A stretch of 62,000 bases of DNA from Octopus vulgaris (taxonomy: Eukaryota). Both the position numbers and the translations under genes were made by a program. Of this stretch, positions 53,761-62,000 are shown piece by piece. Location: positions 38,336,001 through 38,398,000 of the forward strand of contig OX597823.1 of NCBI GenBank assembly GCA_951406725.2. Direction: 5' to 3'. How positions within the stretch are numbered: the stretch's first letter is position 1; every line of letters starts with the position of its first letter. The notes below the pieces were generated by a model. The model saw only the letters and a program-made list of their open reading frames with translations, was not told the origin of the DNA and did no database searches.

Positions 53761-54800
53761 TGATGTTTTTGTAAATGTTTTTACTCATAGAGAACCTTTG
53801 AAATACACATCTCTCAAGGAACTCCTACATAAAAATTACATTTTTAGGAGTTATTTTTAAGTAGATTCATGAAACTTTTCTCCTATTTGTTAGTTCATGT
53901 ATTGTTGTTTAGCCTCCTAGTCAGCCTGGATTGACAAGATAAACCTATTCCAACCATGGCCACCTTGTCTTTTATTCAGACATAATATATTTAGGACTTC
54001 ATTATCATATATGTTTTTCCTCTTTTTAAGACAAGTGTGTAATTTGATTAAGATTTGACTGCTATGTTTTGCAGGTCAAGCAACTATGTAGAAGCTTTGG
54101 TGTTAACTTGTTTAGTTCATATTGTTCATTATGTTGTGCTTCAGAAACCTTTGCTCTTTGGAACTTGCTAGAATTATCATCCAACTCCTTATCTGCTGTA
54201 TTTAGTTTTCCATATCCTACCACCTTTATTGCCCTTCTCTCTGCACCTTTCTGCTTCTCTTTATATTTTACATTAACAAGTCAGCATAGTCTGTCTTGGA
54301 ATTACATTTAGCTACATTTTACCTGCCAGTCATTGATCTTCTCCCCTCCATTACTTCTTTTACAAAATAATTAATACCACTCATCCATTCCTTCCGAGTC
54401 GTCTGCTCCTTTTAGAAACATTTGAAAGGAAATGGAAACTAACAAATAAGACAGATGATAGAAAGAAGAAAGAAAGAACTAACTGAGAAAACAGAAACAA
54501 CTCGGTTGACCAAACAGCAGAATATAGAGAGCTGACTTTGAAACTCAGTTATGTTTGTTTGAGTTTAGAGGAAGATCTTTATATAATAGCAGACATATCT
54601 TTAGGAAAATTATAAGTTTTCAACAGTAGTGTTATGTTGGATGGGCAACAACACCTGTCTTATTTCATAACCAGAAGATATATTTGACAGAAGTTGATAA
54701 ACATAGAAACAAAAGGACACTTTTTTCTGTATATATGTGGTGTAACTATTTGAGTGTATTCCAGTTCACTTCTATTATAGCCAATATCTGAAATTATACT

Positions 54801-54932
54801 GTTTGAAATTTTGGCACAATGCCAGCAATTTTAAGGAGAGGGGATTTAGTTTATTACATGAACTCCAGTACATGGCAGGTACTGAAAGGATGAAAAGCAA
54901 AGTGGACATCAGCAGGATTTGAACTCAGAACT
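54801..54932 (-). mobile_element. SINE family A, partial
   Basis: Reverse-complement match to family A. Confidence 0.75.
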
Positions 54933-54939
54933 CATTGAT

Positions 54940-56558
54940 CACCATCATCATCATCATTATCATCATCATCATCATCTGCTTTCCATGCTGGCATAGGTTG
55001 GACAGTTTGACTGAAAACTGGTAAGTTGGAGTTTGGGGCCTGTACCAGGTTACAATCTGATTTGGCTAGATTTCTATAACTGGATGCCTTTCCAATGCCA
55101 ACCACTCTTAGAGTGTAGTGGGTGCTTTTTATGTGCCACTGGCATAGGTGCCATTGACCTGACACTGGCATCAGCCGCAACTATGGTCTCACTTGGCTGG
55201 ATAGGTTAACACAAGCGCAGTATATTGCCAATGGTCTTGGTCACCTGTCACTGCCTCCATGAGGTTTCACTTGGTCTTCACAAGCACAACATATTTCCCA
55301 ACAATTGAAGAGTGCTTTTAATGGGCCAGTTACATGACACTGGCATTGGCCACGACTATGATCTCACTTGGCTTGATGTCATTGCCTCCGTGAGGCCCAA
55401 TGCATGAACAGTACTTTTTACATGCCACTGGCATGGGTGCCAGTCAGACGGCACTGGCATCGGCCATGACTATAATTTCACTCAGTTCGACAGGTCTTCA
55501 CAAGCACAGCATATTGCCCAATGATTGAAGGGTGCTTTTAGTGGGCCAGTTATGCAACACTCCCATCAGCCACAACTACGATCTCACTTGGTTTGATGGG
55601 TCTTCTCAAACATGGCATATCTCCAAAGGTCTAAGTCTTGTCATTGCCTCTGTGAGGCCTAACATTCGAAGATCATGCTTCACCACCTCATCTGGTGTCT
55701 TCCTGGGTCTACCTCTTCCACAGGTTCCCTCCACCATTAGAGTGCAACACTTCTTCATACAGCTGTCCTCATCCATACGCATCACATGTCCATACAAGTG
55801 CAGTTGTCTCTCTTGTATACCATATTTGATGCTTCTTATGTCCAACTTCTATCTCAGGACACTTACACTCTGTTGTGCATGCATACTGACATTACACATC
55901 CAGTGGGGCATACTAGCTTCATTTCTTACAAGCTTACACATGTCCTCAGCAGTCACAGCCCATGTTTCACTGCTGATGGCATGGCTGTTTGCACACAAGC
56001 ATCATACAGTCTGTTTTTCACTCTTTTGTTACCAGCAGAGGTAGGAGCTCTCTGAACTTTGCCCAACCTATTCTTATTCTACCAGCTATGCTCTCAGAGC
56101 ATCCACCCCTGCTGCTGACTTGGTCACTTAGATAATAGCAGCTATCAACTACTAGTTTTTCCCTTGGCATGTAATGGAATCTATTTGTGCATTTTCAGTG
56201 TTTATTGTACCTGTGCACCTTCCATACAAAAAAAAAACTATTTTTCCTGTTAACCTTCCTCTGATATTGCTGCACCTCTTATGTGTCCATAGCTTACACC
56301 GGGTACATCTTATGGAGTTTCTACCTATACCTTTTCTACAGATCAAGCAGGGATTTGTGATTTGTCTGCTTTCCTACTTACTAAGACTTTGGTTTTTTGC
56401 TAGGTTAAATCTAAGGCCCTTCAATTCTAGATCTTGTTTCCACACCTGAAACTTCTTCTCTTGTTCTGGTAGTGATTCAGCTATAAGAGCAAGGTCATCA
56501 GCATAGAGGAGTTCCCAGGGGTAACCTGTCTTGAATTCCTCTGTTATTGCCTAGAGGC
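54940..56558 (-). mobile_element. 5'-truncated RTE-clade LINE with a Cys/His finger inside the RT region
   Basis: WELLYADDLALIAES, then CxICRKGIGRNSIRCTRCKLWTHKRC, GWAKFRELLPLL and GRGRPRKT. The 3' UTR has ~130-bp tandem units and a (GAT)n tail. Confidence 0.9.
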
Positions 56559-57219
56559 AAGTATTTGTGCACTGATTATAGTATTTCTGTTGGTTGGTTT
56601 GGTTAGATACGTTATGGTAGCTAATTTGGTGCATCTAACTTTTGAGGTAAATTTCTAACAAGATAGAATGTGTAAGAAATACATCTGGAGCCAATGAAGG
56701 ACCAGTAGTTGTTATTTAGCTCCAGGTCAACACTTCACTATGAAAATTCCATCTTTTTAGATACATCTGTGACTACACTATCCATTATTATCCTTCCTTG
56801 TTTTAGACAGTGAACTTTGATTTGTTAGAGGTTTGACTGTTATTTCTTGTGACCATGTGCAAACAAACTACCAATAATATCCTTTAGTTACATCACTTGA
56901 TTTCAATCTTTCTCCTTAAGAATGTTAAAGAAAACAACACAAGTGAAATAATCAACATTGTTGTTTTTAGTATTCTTTTTTATCAAACAAAGGCCTGTTT
57001 ATTAACTTTTGTAAGAGAAAGGTAGTATAGACAGTTGAATCAGCCTGAAAAATAAAAATAACAATGTTGATGAATGATAATAGGTCAACTTTCTCTTGGG
57101 GTTGGTTTATACGCAATACATTATATCAAAGAGTGTGAGTAGGCTGATGATGGTTTAGTTGTTAGAATACCTTTAAACCAGTTGAGAGATTTGTAGTTGG
57201 TATCCTCTTATCTTCTACT

Positions 57220-57570
57220 GTTTATTTGTTTCAGTCATTTGACTGTAACCGTGCTGGAACACCATTTTGAAGGGTTTTAGTCAAACAAATCAACCCAAGG
57301 ACTTATTTTTTTAAGCCTAGTATTTATTCTATTGGTCTCTTTTGCTGAAGTGCTAAGTTTCAAGTGCATAAATACACCAACACCAATTGCTAAGCAGTGG
57401 TGACACACACACAGTGGGTTTCTTTCAGCTTTTGTCCACCAAATCCACTCACAAGGCTTTGATCGGTCCTAGGCTATAGTAAAAGACACTTGCCCAAGGT
57501 GCCATGCAATGGTACTGAATCTAGAATCAAGTGATTAGGAAGCACACTTGTTACTACACAGCCATGCCTA
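57220..57570 (-). mobile_element. tRNA-type SINE, family B, full length
   Basis: The minus strand begins GGCATGGCTGTGTAGTAA..GGCACCTTGGGCAAGTGTC and ends ..CAGTCAAATGACTGAAACAAATAAA. Confidence 0.85.
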
Positions 57571-59702
57571 TGTTATTCATATTATATCAATAGTCAAGAT
57601 GATTTAGCTCCTAAAGACTATGTTTGCCTATCTTACTTTTGCTGTTGTTTTGCTCTCTGGTTACTCCTGATTCAGAAACCTATGAGCAAAAACATTTCAG
57701 CCTTGATCACGTGGTCTCTTTGTATATCAGGATCTAAATAAGTTCATCTTTTCTTTTTTTGATATATGGTAATGGTTTTTGAGAGACATTTGGTTGTTAC
57801 TTTTAATCTAGCAACAAATCATGTGGAGGCTTTCTTCTAAGCCTATATCATCAGTGGTGTTACAGTATTGTAATTGCCTTTTTTTTAAAACATGAAAATA
57901 TACTTTGAACAAAGTTTACTTGCTACTTTTTATTTTGACGCATTAAAATACTTGCCATCAGCTTGTGATTATTTGAAATTCAATTTAAATATGATTACAG
58001 AATGATTATGAAACATCTGGTCCAGCTTTTACTGCTTCTACCATTTTCACCAATCTTCCTACAAAACAATCCATTTTTTTTACTGTAATATGATTTTAAA
58101 ATATACTTATCTTGCGTTTAGCAAATGTTTATTTAAATACTTAGGGAATTATGTTAATATACATTTACTTGCTAATTTAATTTGTTTTATTTTCTAGTTA
58201 AATTGATTACTGTACTTATGAGATTTTTACTGTATTAATTTGAGCAGGTTTTGCTTTCTATTGTTCCTGAGATTTGTAGTTCTTTAGAAGTTTATCTGTA
58301 TTTTTATTTTCCCAGGGAGAGTATAATCCACTTCAGTTCCATGTGTTGCCCAGCTTGCTTAATAGATCTAAAGAAATTCACTTGTTTTTCTTATTTTTCT
58401 GTTAACTCCCCCCACTCCCACCACTACCACTGTCTGTGATAAATCCATAGAAGTGGTGATAAAGCAAGCACATGTAGGTCTGCTGCTGTAAATCCCTAGA
58501 TGGCCCAAACATAGAATGGACTAAGGGTGCATCACACTCCTACTTGAAATAAGTGTTTGAACAAAGTGAAGATGGAGCAGTAAGCACATTATTTGGTTTG
58601 GCCTGACTTTCTCTTGTAATGTTAAAACCAATATGCACATAATTTTTTATTGTATTCAAATATTCTCTTACTGGTCTCGATAGAAAAGTTTGCTAGTTTT
58701 CAGAAGATAAGGATTACAAACAATACAATATATTTCAATTATTTACAGTATATCTAATTTGTTGAGGTTTGATATCTTATAGTTTGTTTCATTCTAACAA
58801 TTCCCTTTCTAAAATGTTGTGTTATTTAAAATTTCCTTATTGACACTAGACTACTATTCTAAGCTTTATATATATCAATTTTTTTTTATGGAAATATCTT
58901 CTGTTCTTATCAGAATTTTTGAAAAGTTATAAAATTTGAATTAAGAATTTTATAAAAAATCTAACAAGCTTATTGATTTTATTGATCACCTAACAGAAAT
59001 GCTTGCCAGCAAGATAATTTGATTTGAATTTGCATAACACTCTTAAATAACAAATCCTTGTCCTGGAAATTCTCTCACTGGTAATTTATAAAGAAACTCT
59101 TCTTTCCAATGTTGTAGAAATATATAACCAGTTTTGAATTGTGATGAGTTGGTGTAACATGTCAAAAGAAAACTTCTCAACATCAACATGAGATATTTAG
59201 ATAAGTGTAGGAGATAAAACAACAGCAAAAAAGGACTACTAGTACTTTAGTCATTGACATTTCTGCTTTAAAAAGTAGTCATGGTGTAGATTTCAATAAC
59301 TGATTTTTCTGATAACTCTTATGAGGAAATACAATATGTTGATATTCTTTTCTTTAATATTTGTTAGCCTGCATAGGAGGAGCAGTACTTATGAACTGCA
59401 CAGTTCTTAACAGATTAGCAAAGCAAATTTTTAATAGCAACAGGAGGGAGAGAGAGAGAGAAATGACACTGTTCAGTGGAAATTTGGTACTGGAGGAGAA
59501 CAGGCAAGTCTATCAGGTAGTGTGTCTTACTTTTGGAATGTCTGTGTGAGGGGTGGTGGCTGTGTGATGTGTACTTTTAACAATGTATTAGTTGCCTGAA
59601 CTTGTTTAGAAGTCTTTTATAACTCTAAAGACATTTACAACACTTCATTGTGATAGAGAAAAGTTTGTTATGAAAATAATATGGGGTAACTTATGAGCTG
59701 AG

Positions 59703-59792
59703 AAAAGGGGAGAGAGAGAGAGGGTGGGGAGAGAAAGAGAGAGAGAGGGGGAGAGAAAGAGAGAGAGAGGTTGGGGAGAGAAAGAGAGAGAT
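59703..59792. repeat. Polypurine tract with a higher-order ~23-bp unit
   Basis: GGGGAGAGAAAGAGAGAGAGAG x3-4. Confidence 0.9.
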
Positions 59793-60334
59793 AAAATTTG
59801 TAGCAATTATAGTTGTTTGGATAATATTTTGAGAGCTGCAAGCTGAAGATTTATTTCCTGAGATATCATCCCCCCTCCTCACCCCCTCCACCACCATCGT
59901 TTGCAGAGAGTAAATAGAGCATATTGTATGTCTGCCCAATGGGGATGTACAGGTATGGAGAAGATGTTAAAGTTATGTGTGGAAACTGATGGAGATATGT
60001 TGAAGAATACCAATGAAATAGGATTAAGAGTAGCTTAAAGTGTCAGCAAGTAGACCATTGGAGAATTTTGGTGCTGTACTTCAGTCTATGAATTCCATCA
60101 ATACAAACTGCAAAAGCTTCTAATTGGTTCTGCTTTTTATACTTGACACGGTCAATGGTTTTCCTAGTGTCACAGATAGCATTGATTTCCCTAAAGTTTA
60201 CAAGTATCAGCGTTCTTTCCTACCTTTGTATTTACAAAATTCTGATTTTACTGACCTTGTACTGGTAGGTTTCTGAAGAGAGACAGAGATTCAAGATAGT
60301 GTGGAGGAGGTGATAATTTTGAATGATTGTTTCT

Positions 60335-60540
60335 ACCATCATCATTTAGCATATATGTTCTATGCTAGCATAGGTTGGATGCTTTGACAGGATCTGATGG
60401 GCCCATTGAACTCCACTGTCTGCTTTGACATGGTTTCCATAGTTTAATGCCCTTCCTAATGCCAACCACTTTACGGCATGTACTGGATATTTTTTGCATG
60501 TCACCAGCTGTAATAAAGTCACTAAACAGCTTGCAAGACT
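60335..60540 (-). mobile_element. RTE-family 3' tail
   Basis: (CAT)n tail and GCCCTTCCTAATGCCAACCACTT. Confidence 0.75.
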
Positions 60541-60706
60541 ACTAGTGGTGGGTCGTTTTATGGTAGGAATAAGGAGTAAAAGTATGCGAGAAGACGCCTA
60601 ATTTTCTAATTTCTTTATTTCTTACCACATTACCAAAAGTATTAAATTAAATTTTATTGGTGTACATTTTCAAATTGAATTATATTCGATGTCATTATAT
60701 TTTATA

Positions 60707-61133
60707 AAGGCAGTGAACTGATAGAATTGTTAGCACATTGAGCAAAATACTTAGTGGAATTTCATCTGCCTTTATGTTCTGAGTTCAAATTTTGCTACGG
60801 TCGACTTACAGGGCTGATAAAGTAAGTACCAGTCAAGTACTGGAGTTGATATAATCGAATTACTCCACTTCCCCGAAATTATTGGTCTTGTGCCAAAATT
60901 TGAAACCAATATTCTGATTAAGATGGTGAGCTAGCAGAATCATTAGCACGCTGGGAAAAATGTTTAGCAACATTTTGTCTGTCTTTACATTCTGAATTCA
61001 AATTCTGCAGAGTTCTATTTTATCTTCCATCCTTTCGGGATTGATAAAATAAGTACCAGTTGAACACTGTGATCAATGTAATCATCTTACCCCCTGCCCC
61101 AAAATTGCTGGCCTTGTCTCAAAATTTGAAATC
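60707..61133 (+). mobile_element. Two tandem SINE family A copies (60707-60909, 60920-61133)
   Basis: Each has the GAGCTAGCAGAA-like head and a CAAAATTTGAAAyC end. Confidence 0.85.
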
Positions 61134-61777
61134 AATATTCTGCTTCTATGTTCTGAGTTTGTGACATTGATGTGTCCTAAATTTGTGACTTTGATGTGTC
61201 TGTATTAGAAATGATTATCTATATTTTATGATATTTATATATCATATATTTTATACGTCTATTATTTTATTTAAGGCAGTTGGACTGGCAGTGGTATTTA
61301 GTTAATGCCTTATGATATTTAGTTTAAAACCCTTTACATTCTGAGTTTAAATCCTGCTGAAGTTGATGTTACCTTTCATCCTCCCAGTTAAATAATGATG
61401 TTGAGATAATCAATTCTTCCTTGCCTCCCACCACCTACATTTCTGGCTGTGTGCTTGTGTAACAAATTATATTCTATGATATTTTTAATTCTGGGTTTTT
61501 AATCCCTCACATCCACATCTTAGATATTGATTTATTCTAGCAGATTAGAATCATTTTCCTTCACAAGTGAATTTTTTGCTATAAAAAAATCTGTGCTTTA
61601 TTGAACAGAGAACAACTTTAGTTGAATTTCATGTTGTGTTAATATAACAAAGAGTAGAGTATTACTTTCTTTTTTTACATATGTGGAAGAATGGTACAGC
61701 TGAGTAATTTGTATGGGTTTATTAGCTTTGCATTGATGTGGATTGTTGAATAAGCTTTATGAAGATATTTGTTTCGA

Positions 61778-61965
61778 ATCATCATTTAGCACCTGCATGG
61801 GTTGGATAGTTTGACCAGATCTGACAAGCCAGAGGACTGTGCTGAGCTCTTATGTCTGCTTTGGCTTGATTTCTATGGTTGGATGCCCTTCTTAATGCCA
61901 ACCACTGCACAGTGTACTGGGTGCTTTTTGTAGTCACGAAGTAACTTGTAATATAAGACCTCCTC
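61778..61965 (-). mobile_element. RTE-family 3' tail
   Basis: GGATGCCCTTCTTAATGCCAACCACT..GTACTGGGTGCTTT. Confidence 0.75.
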
Positions 61966-62000
61966 AACTGAGTGTGGATGTAGTATTGCGATAGATAATT

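Overview
AT-rich, CpG-poor eukaryotic DNA. The SINE and LINE families and the (TA)n/(CA)n/(GAT)n microsatellites look like an octopus (coleoid cephalopod) genome; this is inferred from recalled repeat sequences, not from a search. Only two convincing host exons are visible, both on the + strand: 29275-29438 (ATG at 29316) and 45541-45606. They join in phase 0 across a 16-kb intron and encode an unidentified N-terminus with two CDK-type sites and a KEN motif. The rest is transposon debris: a 5'-truncated CR1-type LINE, many RTE-family copies and tails, an L1/Tx1 ORF2 fragment, a Tx1-like element with ORF1 only, four Tc1/mariner relics, hAT and Chapaev3 relics, two non-autonomous Helitrons plus a RepHel fragment, and more than 12 tRNA-type SINEs. 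Observations that ordinary annotation would miss: (1) minimal type-I hammerhead ribozyme motifs with palindromic stem III at 607-746 and 13609-13663, the second repeated at ~14585 in a Penelope/retrozyme-like direct-repeat layout; (2) four unrelated fold-back hairpins that all have a 23-30 nt spacer and touch a microsatellite; (3) a ~2-kb dead intronless reading frame of unknown identity whose frame is restored when the inserted SINE and retroelement are removed; (4) covarying 3' stem-loops shared by a LINE and a SINE; (5) variable tandem arrays in RTE 3' UTRs. Repeat boundaries are read by eye and are approximate unless a TSD or TIR is quoted.
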